64,000 nt of DNA from Octopus vulgaris (taxonomy: Eukaryota). Position numbers and translations under genes: made by a program. This document shows, piece by piece, positions 52,885-64,000 of the stretch; within the stretch, counting starts at the first letter, position 1, and the number at the start of each line of letters is the position of its first letter. The stretch is taken from positions 22,196,001-22,260,000 of the forward strand of contig OX597839.1 of the NCBI GenBank assembly GCA_951406725.2, given 5' to 3'. Below the pieces are notes generated by a model. That model was not told where the DNA came from and made no database searches. It worked only from the letters and a program-made list of their open reading frames with translations.

Positions 52885-52969
52885 TTCAAAGAAACCAGAC
52901 ACTTATTCTTAGGTCGTTCGTTTCCATTGTTTAACGTTCGATTAACACAACTTTTACAGCGTTGAGTTC

Positions 52970-53179
52970 CACGATAAACATTTGAGTACTTTCCCTAAAG
53001 TAGGGACAAATCGGAAATCTTTAAAGCTAGACTGATTCAGTATTGACTTGTGGAGACCTCATACATATAAGGACCACGATAAACATTTGAGTACTTTCCC
53101 TAAAGTAGGGACAAATCGGAAATCTTTAAAGCTAGACTGATTCAGTATTGACTTGTGGAGACCTCATACATATAAGGAC
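52970..53179. repeat. Perfect 105-bp tandem duplication
   Basis: ACGATAAACATTTGAG... starts at 52971 and again at 53076. Confidence 0.95.
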
Positions 53180-53596
53180 GACAAGTGGAAATGGCAACAG
53201 CTGGATTTGGGGCTTTATTGACCGTATAACGATATTTGGAGGTACATGGCCTAGTGGTTAGAGTGGCGGACTTGCGGGTTCGAATCTCAGACCGGGCGAT
53301 GTTTGTGTTTATGAGCGAAACACCTTAGCTCCACGCGGCTCCGGCAGAAGGTAACGGCGAACTTCTGCTGACTCCTTCGCCACAACTTTCACTCTTTCTT
53401 CTTGCATCTTGCAGCTCACCTACGACAGACGGGCGTCCCGCCCAGGTGGGGAACCTATACGCCAATGAAACGAGCCAGGTATGGCTCGTGAAGGAACAAA
53501 CAACAACAATATTTGATTTTGGCTGGTTTCATTTACCTTTGCACCTGATGGTGTTCAATAAGATTAATAACAGCAAGGGCTGCAAGTGACACCTAC

Positions 53597-53792
53597 CGGT
53601 ATATGTCTCCGTGGTCTTGGTAATTACTTGGATCCATCATCGAACTCTCACTGCTTTGCAACAACTGGGGCTCCATTGAACGCTTGTAAGTACCTGTTTC
53701 AACAATTCCAACACATCTGGCATATTTCTTATACAGATAGTTTACTTGTCTTCGGAATTCTAAGTTGGACAGTAATTGTTTGTAGGTCACAC
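53597..53792 (-). CDS. Neuropeptide/prohormone precursor, coding exon 2
   Basis: Acceptor tgtcttcttttag|, donor CG|gtaggt, 196 nt, phase 1 in and phase 2 out. Encodes (G)VTYKQLLSNLEFRRQVNYLYKKYARCVGIVETGTY-KR-SMEPQLLQSSESSMMDPSNYQDHGDIY(R), in frame with both neighbouring exons. Confidence 0.85.
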
Positions 53793-54315
53793 CTAAAAGA
53801 AGACAACACACACAACAAAACAGTATTTCTGAATGATATTGTAATTGTTCGGTACTAGAAACAAACTGCTGCTTTAGAAATGATGTTCGATTTAGGCTCA
53901 AGGCCAACACTTTGAAGAGTGTGGGGTTAATCGATACCACTGGTCACGCTATTTGATAGGGACTTTCTTTTAACGATCCTGGCGTATGTAAGATAACGAG
54001 ATTTGAACTGTCAAATATATACGTATCTGTTATGTGTAGTTTGCGTTCTAATGGGATAGACAACCAATTGAAAACCATTGTTATTATTACGTGTTTATTG
54101 ACTTTACATGTTACACGGACGACGACATTCAGCGTAGTGATACATTATATACTTTACACACAGTTGTACTGTTCACTAACAAATAGTGCCAAGAGTGGGG
54201 ATGTAGTTTGGCATACGCAAACACATAGATATGAATGTGTAACAGTATCTGCTTTCTTTAACTCGTCTATCTCATTTGATTATCCATTAGGAAGTTAAAT
54301 GTTAAGGCTGGTCAT

Positions 54316-54373
54316 ACTGACCATTGGTTTCGCATCTGTAAAGCGCTTAACAGTATAGGCGATTCGTCAGACT
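54316..54373 (-). ncRNA. Degenerate hammerhead ribozyme motif, same family as 62445-62503
   Basis: Minus strand CTGACGA ...TAAGCGCTTTA... GAAA CCAATGG TC; stem I is broken. Confidence 0.42.
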
Positions 54374-55227
54374 TAAATGACCGAAGGCGCATATCCGACG
54401 ACAACAGTGACAACGGCGGTGGTCGGAGTAACAGCCTAAACTGTGCTTCTTAAGACCCAAACTCCTCTCACAAAATTCATATCTGTCCTTCTCGTTAGAA
54501 TATAAAATACCATTTTTTTTAGCCTGGGCGAGTTCCAGTTCGTTTGAGAATCGTTCTATATTCAAAGAACTTGTTTCAAACAGCGAAATTCAATTCCGTA
54601 CCCATTTCTGGCTAATGTAAGCCATTGGATGTCTGTGCTATTCCTGTGGTACGCACGGCGACGGAAGAAGGCGAATTTGAAGGTTCTGAGCATAGAAATA
54701 TTTCGAGAAATATTAAAATAACTTGACGGAACTACAAAGGAAAAATAATCCAATTCCGTTTTGAAGACGCTTTATAAATACTCAGTCTCTGACTATTTGC
54801 CTTTAATCATTTGAAATCTTCCTGTAAAAAAGGAGGAGCTGCTTTCTAACAAAGGCACAAAACTCCATCTTTGGAATGTAGAGAACAAAACCAAATTCAC
54901 ATTTCAAACTTGAGAAAAGTCTTGCATACTTTTACTGTTCCCCTTACAGATTGCTTTTGTAATGTGCGAATCAGTTGATTTCTGTTTCTGAAACCCTTAG
55001 CTTATCCAGATTATCGCTTGGGCATTTACTCACAAAACCAAAATCACCAACTATTATTACTATGTGACTTATAATCTGGATACAGAAGCTGGAGCTTTCG
55101 AAGCATTTGTCCATAATTATCTTCTTTCGCTTTGGTTTTCAAAGAGATATTCACGGGGCAGCTGGCCTGGATGAGACTACGTAGTTTTACTTGTCTATCC
55201 AGCCTATTAGGTTTACATTTGAGGGTT

Positions 55228-56132
55228 TCGATGCAGCGGCTGCGGGCTGGAAGAGGTTTTGTGGCGGACCCCGCACCAAATGGCTGGGCGTGATTGGGGC
55301 AGATCTTCAGGGGCTCGACGTCCCCTTGGAGGATGCAGAGAGACTAGTGTGGGACGGTCAGCGATAGAGAGAACTGGTTTACCTGGTCGGATCTACGCAT
55401 GAGGACGTCTCTGGGAACACGAACCTGGCAGGATCCCAGTTGACTCCTGGTGTCCATATTTTTGAATGTATTCACTAACAGGGAGATTCTCAATGTTTAT
55501 TCCAGGACAGTCTTTTTTTCCGAATGACATTGTATATTATTTTAAGGTCACGTCGCAAATGGAAGTAGTACCTTGACGGCATTTTGGGGCGACCGCTAAT
55601 CGCATGTATGATGTCTGTCACAAAATATGACAAAATCTACATTTTCAGTTGCATCTTGGATCTCTTTTGTTTACCGGAGATTTTGTAGCAATCTCCTGTT
55701 CTTGGATTGTAAATGCACAAGCCTTGACAGTTTGTATGTAGAATATCTGAAGGGAGAGATAAGCAGCTCAAAACAAACATATGTTTACTTCCGTGTCAAC
55801 GACATTTGGGAACGAGTCGAGGCACGAAGAAGACTTTACGGAATATTACGTTAGGTTCCAAGTTCACAGCTGAGGTTGGAGTTAGGGATATGTAGTAGGC
55901 TTCCGAGTTAGCAGGTATATATTAGAGGGGAAAGGGCAACAAAAACCAAGGCAGGACGAGGATCTCGGGTCATGAGATGTTGACCCATCACCTGGGATAT
56001 CCTAGAAGCAGATGTAAGACATTAATTACTTCTACTTTTCCGTTTTTTTTTATTCACCTTATTCTTATTAAATCTTCTAAATGATCTGAGATACTCGTCT
56101 TGCCTTGGTTTTGTTGGCCATTTTCCTTGAAT

Positions 56133-56196
<64 letters not shown>

Positions 56197-56535
56197 TCGT
56201 GTAAGTGTGTATAGTGTACACATGTATGTATATAATGTTACTGCTAGAACAAGTATATCCACACCAATTACAATTGAACTCAACAGAACAAACAAGACCA
56301 AATACTCTAACTTTCATTCGATGCAGCGGCTGCGGGCTGGAAGAGGTTTTGTGGCGGACCCCGCACCAAATGGCTGGGCGTGATTGGGGCAGATCTTCAG
56401 AGGTTCGACGATCCCTTGGAGGACGCAGAGAGACTGGTGTGGGACGGTCAGCGATAGAGAGCACTGGTTTTCCTGGTCGGATCTACGCATGAGGACGTCC
56501 CTGGGCACACGAACCTGGCAGGATCCCAGTTGACC
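55228..56535 (+). repeat. Two ~217-bp direct repeats (55228-55444 and 56317-56535), RTE-3'-end-like
   Basis: Both run TTCGATGCAGCGGC...GATCCCAGTTGAC and translate to GGPRTKWLGVIGADLQ..., resembling an RTE C-terminus. Confidence 0.75.
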
Positions 56536-56671
56536 CCAGCCTCACCAAGCAATATCTTAAAATAGATTTATAGAGTTCTATACAGAGACGGCGCAAGGCA
56601 GTGATGGTAACATTAGATTTAGAAGCCTCAAAGATTCACTCTCTCTGTTTACGGATATAGTCTACTGGAGT

Positions 56672-57059
56672 GGAGGCGCAATGGCCCAGTGGTTAGGGCA
56701 GCGGACTCACGGTCATAGGATCACGGTTTCGATTCCCAGACCGGGCGTTGTGAGTGTTTATTGAGCGAAAACACCTAAAGCTCCACAAGGCTCCGGCAGG
56801 GGATGGTGGTGATCCCTGCTGTACTCTTTCACCACAACTTTCTCTCACTCTTACTTCCTGTTTCTGTTGTACCTGTATTTCAAAGGGGGCGGCCTTGTCA
56901 CTCTCTGTGTCACGCTGAATATCCCCGAGAACTACGTTAAGGGTGCACGTGCCTGTGGAGTGCTCAGCCACTTACACGTTAATTTCACGAGCAGGCTGTT
57001 CCGTTGGTTCGGATCAACCGGAACCCTCGTCGTCGTAACCGACGGAGTGCTTCCATCCC
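56672..57059 (+). mobile_element. SINE family C with 13-bp TSD
   Basis: TSD ATAGTCTACTGGA at 56657-56669 and 57060-57072. A related subfamily lies at ~53238-53510. Confidence 0.92.
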
Positions 57060-57830
57060 ATAGTCTACTGGAAAAAGGCGTTGGTCAATGCAGTGCAGTT
57101 GCCTACATTATGTTCTGGGTTTGTATTCCAAGAATATCAACAAAAATATTCCCTTCTATTCTTCTATTTCCCTTCCGTAATCGAAGCAATCAAATTATCT
57201 GAATGGAATTGATCCTTACCTGGCACAGTTACCACATTCTGGCACTTTCTGCTATTTTCCCTAAAACATCTCATTCAATTGAAAGAATCAGTCTATAGTA
57301 TAAAAACATTTAGATATTCGTTTCAAATTTTGGCACGAGGAGGAGGGCGAAAGTCCCTCGAGAGGATGAAAGGCAAATTCGACCTTGGTGGAATTTGAAC
57401 TCAGAACGTAAAGACGGACAAAATGTCGCTAACCATTTTCCCCAATGCAGAAACGATTCTACCAGCTCAACACCCGACCTCTACATAATATTGGTTTTAA
57501 GTTTTGGCACAAGGCCAACCATTTCGAGAGTGGGTAATCCGATTACATCAACCCCAGTACTCAACTGGTATTTATTTTTACCGAAAGGATGAAAGACACA
57601 GTCGACCTCAGCGGAATTTGAACTCAGGCGGACAAAATGCCGTTGAGCATTTCGCCCGGCGTGCTAATGATTCTGCCAGCTTGCTGCCTCATCTTTACAT
57701 AATATTCATTATATGTAAATGTATTCTTTAAAGACGGAACTATAAACGATTAACAGCTTCAGAAGCAGATCAATGAAAAACAGAAAAAGATCGACAATGT
57801 TTATGAGTAAATGAGAAAAGTACTGCTTAC

Positions 57831-57954
57831 CTTTGGCATCGGCTATTTTTTGAACGACTTGGAGCGGATTCGTTCCGCATGGGTAAGCATGAGTAATCAA
57901 TGAGAGACAGACACACATAAACATCAATCCAACTAATTGTTTCTGGGCGAACAT
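57831..57954 (-). CDS. Secreted neuropeptide/prohormone precursor, coding exon 1 (signal peptide)
   Basis: ATG at 57954 gives MFAQKQLVGLMFMCVCLSLITHA|YPCGTNPLQVVQKIADAK, a hydrophobic signal-peptide-like N-terminus. The exon has an upstream acceptor ttttttcttgcag| (exon starts 57974) and donor AAG|gtaagc, phase 1. Confidence 0.85.
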
Positions 57955-59697
57955 TTTGTGGGAGGAGAGGAGGCCTGCAAGAAAAAAACAAAAACAGAAC
58001 GGACAAAAGAATTATTTTGTAATTCATTCAGGGACGTCTTAAGTACAGAGAGGAATGGGCGAGGAGGCAGCGAGCTGGGTTTATAAGCCTGTGGTTCTGA
58101 TTTCGATACCACTGTAAGACTGTACTCTCTGTAACGAAGTTGTTCAAAGGGTTAAGAATCCCTTTGGTCATGAATGACTATGGAATTGCACCTAGAATGT
58201 TCCTCTCCAAGGCACAAGTCCCGACAAGGTCGTTTATAGATTTCGTTGAACCATGTCGCAAGGATCAGACAAAATTATATTTGTTAAAGCAAGGAATCTC
58301 TGCTAAAGCTTTTTTACAAATAATGGTTCTTGTTTTTGATACAAGACCAACAGTTTTGAGGGAAGGGGGTCGAGTCGGTTACATTGACCCCAGTACTTGA
58401 CTGGTACTTTATTTTATTACCCCCGCCCCCCGAAAGGAGTAATGTAAAGTTAGCTTCAGCGGGATTTGAACTCAGAACATTAAGAGCCAGAACAAACTAC
58501 TTGACAGAGATGAGCAGTCACCCATGCATACCAGCCTCCCCTCTCCACACCACCGATCTTATCCAAAGGAAAGGAAAAGGCCAATACAGCTTGGAACAAG
58601 CGTTGTTGCGACCCATTTCCACAGCTGAATGAACTGGAGAAACGTTAAGCGTTTTGCTCAAGAACACAACACGAAGCCTGGTCCGGGAATCAAACCCACA
58701 ACCTCACGATTGTAAGCCAGACTTTCTAACCAATGATCCATGCGCCTTCAAACACACGCGCACGCACGCACAAAATATGCCAAACAGCTAAGAAGCTCGC
58801 TTTACAATCATGAAGTGCCGATTGTGGGAAAATGCCATTTTCTGTAACCTTCGGTTGACTCGTACCTTGTGAGTGAAATTATGTAGATGGAAACTGCATA
58901 GAAGCGCATTGGGTGGATTGTATCTGGAATTGAAACGGTTCACCTATTACACTTCGTCACAATGATTCTGCCTGAGAATTATGTTCAAGGTACGAGTGTC
59001 TGTGGAATATTCAGCCACTGATACGTTAATTCAACGAGTCTGGTAGTCCGATTTATTGTGTGTGTGTGAGACAGACAAATGAAGTTTAAAATACACACTG
59101 TATACTGCATGAAGATTTATTAAAATTAAAATTAATATACATAACCGGTTTCACGTTTGTTTGATTTTCAAAAGTATCGTTTCTCAAGAACCAAACAGTT
59201 TGCGTCGCAGCTCCACTTTCCTCTAAACTTACGCTTTTGAAAATCTTACAAATGTGAAAAACGGTTAAGCGTATTTTAAAATAAATGTGTACGTGTGTGT
59301 CTTTGTGTTTTTTTTCCTGTCTTCCGCAATCGGTGTTGATTTGTGTACATCCCCGTAACTTAGCGGTTAAAAACTTCTAGCGAGACCTAGAATCGAAACC
59401 TTACAACCCTGATAGTTGGGTTCAGTCCACATTCGTGTCAAGCGACACGCCCTGATTATCAACCAATCAGCTTGCAGCGATACCACGCCATATAAAACTT
59501 AGTGAAAAGTTCTATGACTTTTTCGCGCGCTTATCTTAGTATTAAGGCAAACCCCCAGCAGAGGGAGCTGCAGAGACAGCCTCCAGACGACACACATTTT
59601 CCCGTCTCGTCGCAACCAAGCCAGAGCACGGCCTAGTATAGCAGAAACCACTTTGAGTTATCCTTTGCTGAATCCAGTGAAAAATGAAAAGAATTCT

Positions 59698-60295
59698 TTA
59701 TAACTTCGGATCAACTCTTGGATCTTTTCCTTTTGAACGGCAGATGTCAACACAATTTCTAGTTAACTAAACACTTTTAAACTTCGTATACTGGTAGAAT
59801 GTGTTTATAAAACATCATTTTCTCTTGGTTTTATTGAGAAAATTCTATAGTTTGTAAGATATTTCGTTTGAAAATCCGAGCATTTCGGCAATTTTAACCA
59901 ATCGATTACCTCCATTCAACTAAAATCATTTGCTGCGTCTAAAACTGAGACAACATCCTGTAACTAACCCTAAACCTCCCCCTAACCCTAACCCTAACCC
60001 TAAATTTTTTCTTAATTGTTAAATTAATTTAATTCCATTGCTTTAGTTTTTTTACACGCGTAACAATTAAATTAATTTAACAATTAAGAAAAGATAAAAT
60101 AGGGTTAGGGGGGAGGTTTAGGGTTAGTTACAGGATGTTGTCTTAGTTTTAGACGCAGCAAATGATTTTAGCTCAAAAGAGAGCATAGGATTGGTTAAAA
60201 TTCGAAAAATTAAACTACGTTAAACAAACAAATTACAATTTACTCAAGAAAGCCAAGAGAAAAAAATGTTTTATTTTGACATATTCTACCAGTAT
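59698..60295. mobile_element. Foldback element with internal (TTAGGG)-like repeats
   Basis: About 240-bp imperfect inverted arms (~59788-60035 and ~60062-60295) containing CCCTAA/TTAGGG units. The right end abuts a SINE. Confidence 0.7.
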
Positions 60296-60715
60296 CTCTT
60301 TTCTCTCTTTTCTCTTTTCTCTTTTACTTGTTTCAGTCATTTGACTGCGGCCATGCTGGAGCACCGCCTTTAGTCGAGCAAATCAACCCCGGGACTTATT
60401 CTTTTGTAAGCCCAGTACTTATTCTATCGGTCTCTTTTGCCGAACCGCTAAGTAACGGGGACATAAACACACCAGCATCAGTTGTTAAGCAATGCTGGGG
60501 GACAAACACACAAACACACACACGCATATATATATATATGTATACATATATACGACGGGCTTCTTTCAGTTTCCGTCTACCAAATCCACTCACAAGGCTT
60601 TGGTCGGCCCGAGGCTATGGTAGAAGACACTTGCCCAAGGTGCCACGCAGTGGGACTGAACCCGGAACCATGTGGTTGGGAAGCAAGCTACTTACCACAC
60701 AGCCACTCCTGCGCC
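60296..60715 (-). mobile_element. SINE family B, full length
   Basis: Reverse-complement match to 63205-63622. Confidence 0.9.
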
Positions 60716-60898
60716 TATTTTTGGTTGTTTGTATTCAATAGTTCTCTTGTTCAATAAATCTTACAAACCATATAAAATATATTATGTTCGCGTCTGTCCT
60801 CCATGTGTGCATAACTCGAAGTCCAGCTGACACCAAACGATAGTAGCAGGATCACGATAGACACAAACTTAGATATTGGGGTCGACTTGTTTGACTAA

Positions 60899-61131
60899 AC
60901 CTATTTCTCTATTACCCACAAGGGGCCAAACACAGAGGGGACAAACAAGGACAGACATAGGTATTAAGTCGATTACATCGACCCCAGTGCGTAACTGGTA
61001 CTTAATTTATCGACCCCGAAAGGATGAAAGGCAAAGTCGACCTCGGCGGAATTTGAACTCACAACGTAACGCAGACGAAGTACCGCTAAGCATTTCGCCC
61101 GGCGTGCTAACGTTTCTGCCAGCTCGCCGCC
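60899..61131 (-). mobile_element. SINE family A monomer (another at ~62184-62400)
   Basis: TSD TGACTAAACCT. Confidence 0.88.
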
Positions 61132-62444
61132 TGACTAAACCTTTCAAGGCAGTGCCCCAGTCTGGCCGCAGTTTTATGACTGAAACAAGTAGAATACAAA
61201 GAGAGGGAGAGAGAGAGGGGGGAGGCGGCGGTAGTAAAACCAACAGGAGAACCAGAAATCTATACATGAGTATTGCAGAAAATTACAAACGTGACTCAAG
61301 GGCTAAACGTTTCGTGCTGCATCTTCCTAATCAAATAACGGTGCAGGGGTGGAGCAAAATGTGCAATTCCTGATTTCTCCTTATTTTCTTCTTTACCTGT
61401 TTGAAATCATTACACTGCAAGAATTGCATCATTATTTTCTGCAGTTGCCTCACCTTTATTGATCAGCCTGGTTATTGTTGTTGAAGTTGAGCGACTTTCA
61501 AATATAGCTGACGGGTAGATTTTTTTAGAGATTTTTCCTCAACATTGACCCCATTGAATTTGAGGTTGGTAATAAAATAACAATAAATTTGGGGGTTTAA
61601 CAATCAATATTCTTTTCTCTGGATCCTAAGTCAATTTTTCCCCATGATAATTTTCAAGTTTCCAAAAAAAAAAAAAAAAAAAATCAATAATTTCTTCTCT
61701 TTAACTGCATGTCGTGAAAATATATCAGGAAGAGAGGCACTCCAGCAGATGATGAAGAAGTTATAGAGAATATTTTGAGTTTCATTAATTTTATATCACG
61801 TGCCATTTTCTCCTGATCCTCTTTCATTTGACCCAGATATAAAAAAAATTTTTTTTCTTTTCATTTCTGATCTTTCTGATGTCTAACGATGGATATCGAT
61901 GTGTATGAGCTTGTTTTCAAAAGCAATTCTGAAGAACTGAAGTGGCAAGTTTATCTTATCTTTGCTCTGGCTAAATTTTGTCTTTATATGTTAAAAAAGA
62001 ACGGTAATAATTTTCCGAAACACGGTTCAGATTATGCCGTAGAGGGTTTTAATGCATTCAAAGAAGGTCATTTGCTTAGCTGATATAATTTTTGTAAGGT
62101 AATGAATATTCGTAAAAACGAAAAAGTAATATTTTCCTCCCGCCAAAGTAAACGTTACACATTATGTCCGTTCGTAAGTTATATATTTCTTTACTACCCA
62201 CAAGGGGCTACACACAGAGGGGACAAATAAGGACAGACAAACGGATTACGTCGACTCCAGTGCGTAACTGGTACTTAATTTATCGACCCCGAAAGGATGA
62301 AAGGCAAAGTCGACCTCGGCGGAATTTGAACTCAGAACGTAACGGCAGGCGAAATACAGCTACGCATTTCGCCCAGCGTGCTAATGTTTCTGCCAGCTCA
62401 GAGCAGTCGGGTATTTAGATAAAGATAGATATGGCCTGTCAATG

Positions 62445-62503
62445 GGGTTACTCTGGGTTTCGCGTCCATAAAGCGCTTAGCTTTACAGCGTTTCTTCAGA
62501 CCC
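62445..62503 (-). ncRNA. Degenerate hammerhead ribozyme motif
   Basis: Minus strand GGGT CTGAAGA ...TGTAAAGC/GCTTTATG... GAAA CCCAGAG TA ACCC; the base of stem II is mismatched. Confidence 0.5.
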
Positions 62504-62689
62504 TAAAACCCGTTGGCCCATGGCCTCTTTCTAGCAAGAGAGGCCACTTTATTTCTAAAAATGAGTGGCCTGTCGATGGGATCTCAGTCCATACAGGGTC
62601 AAAGTATGATTTATGTAACCTATGTAGGACCTGCCAGTCTCTCTATCTCGCTTTCTGTCCACACACAACATAGGAAAATATATAAATTC

Positions 62690-63066
62690 ATCTCTCTCTA
62701 TATAAACGGCAGTTTGTCTGTCTGCGTGTCTGTTAGGTTGTACCCTCTCCCTGACCATGGCTTTCAACTGATTCTGATGAAACTTGACACACACATAGCC
62801 CAATGTCATAATTCAAAACTAACGCAGCGAAAATTTTGAAAAGTTTCCCCAGTTCTGAAAAAAATCGATAAATTCGACATGGGGTCGAGAATCAGAAACA
62901 CAAACCACAGACTGTCTAGGGGACGCAACTCGACCTTTTTTAACTCTCAAAAAAATTTACCATAATTTTTTTTCCATTTTTTTGCTATTTTTTGGCTATA
63001 ACTGTCTAAAAATGCTTTATAGTTATTTCCCTTACAAACCTGAGCAACGCCGGGCGATACTGCTAG
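62690..63066 (+). mobile_element. Non-autonomous Helitron-like element
   Basis: 5' TCTCTCTATATAAA..., 3' GC-rich subterminal CCTGAGCAACGCCGGGC then CTAG, no TSD. Confidence 0.72.
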
Positions 63067-63204
63067 TAAATCTATAAAATACGGAATTTAACAAAAAATA
63101 ATAAAAGAAATGAAAACAGTTCTTACAACAAACTCAATGTGGAAACAGACGGAGGTAAAACACGAATAGCAAAAGTGTGAAAAGGCAAAAAAAAAAAAAA
63201 AATA

Positions 63205-63622
63205 GGCACAGGAGTGGCTGTGTGGTAAGTAGCTTGCTAACCAACCACATGGTTCCGGGTTCAGTCCCACTGCGTGGCACCTTGGGCAAGTGTCTTCTAC
63301 TATAGCCCCGGGCCGACCGATGCCTTGTGAGTGGATTTGGTAGACGGAAACTGAAAGAAGCCTGTCGTATATATGTATATATATATATATGTATGTGTGT
63401 GTATATGTTTGTGCGTCTGTTTGTCCCCCTAGCATTGCTTGACAACCGATGCTGGTGTGTTTACGTCCCCGTCACTTAGCGGTTCGGCAAAAGAGACCGA
63501 TAGAATAAGTACTGGACTTACAAAGAATAAGTCCCGGGGTCGATTTGCTCGACTAAAGGCGGTGCTCCAGCATGGCCGCAGTCAAATGACTGAAACAAGT
63601 AAAAGAGAGTAAAAAAGAGTAA
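63205..63622 (+). mobile_element. tRNA-derived SINE family B, full length
   Basis: A box TGGCTGTGTGG, B box GGTTCAGTCCC, CORE-like CCTTGGGCAAGT, internal (TA/TG)n, tail GGTGCTCCAGCATGGCCGCAG...(GTAAAAGA)n. Confidence 0.9.
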
Positions 63623-64000
63623 ATAAAACCTAAGTACAAGCGAAGAGAATGGAAACGAAATAAAAAGGGTTTTTGGAAACGGACGCTGTACTTCATATTT
63701 TTAATTTTCTGTTGGTTGTTTCTGTTTTATGAAATCATTTACAATTAATATTTTCCATCTGTGATTGACTTTCAACATTTCAGAACCAATAAATATCCGT
63801 CAAGGGTTGACATCGATTACATCGACTTGAGACGCTCTCTCATCATCTCTGACCTCGTGTCAAGACTAAAACTGATTTATTTTATGAAGCAAATTCATTA
63901 GGATCTTTTCCAAATCCATGTCGTCTTTGTAGAGATATTTTTTAACGAATTAACTGAATATTAAACCACAAGATGAAACAGCAAATCCCTTTTGATTGCT

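Noticed and set aside
61395-61520. Possible non-coding first exon or promoter of the precursor gene (minus-strand donors AAG|gtgagg and CAG|gtaaag)
   Set aside because: Plausible, but it cannot be distinguished from chance without transcript data.
62770-62790. CTGATGA inside the Helitron-like element (similarly 42635 and 51230)
   Set aside because: No consistent stem II, GAAA and stem I arrangement.

Overview
AT-rich, repeat-dominated animal genomic DNA, most likely Octopus or another cephalopod (inferred from the style of the tRNA-derived SINEs and microsatellites, not from a search). There are no prokaryotic features. Most ORF-track entries are microsatellite or SINE artefacts. Two spliced genes lie on the minus strand. 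(1) A three-coding-exon, 135-aa secreted precursor (57954-57831, 53792-53597, 51890-51803) with a signal peptide, one Cys pair, four likely dibasic cleavage sites and a C-terminal peptide QDTNNPGQPFYFY(K); this is a probable neuropeptide/prohormone gene that the ORF track does not assemble. (2) A partial gene of unknown function (exons 27791-27713 and 21071-20405, perhaps 2122-2079 and 1985-1894). The rest is four SINE families, mariner transposons, RTE, CR1 and Dong/R4-like LINE fragments, Helitron-like elements, MITEs and mini/microsatellites. Most notable non-coding signals: at least seven minimal type-I hammerhead ribozyme motifs in short Penelope-type terminal or foldback elements, one with a swapped G3:C8 core, and a young SINE subfamily that repeatedly inserts at the same GGTAT site, often inside older copies of itself. 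All alignments and folds were done by eye, so repeat boundaries are approximate.
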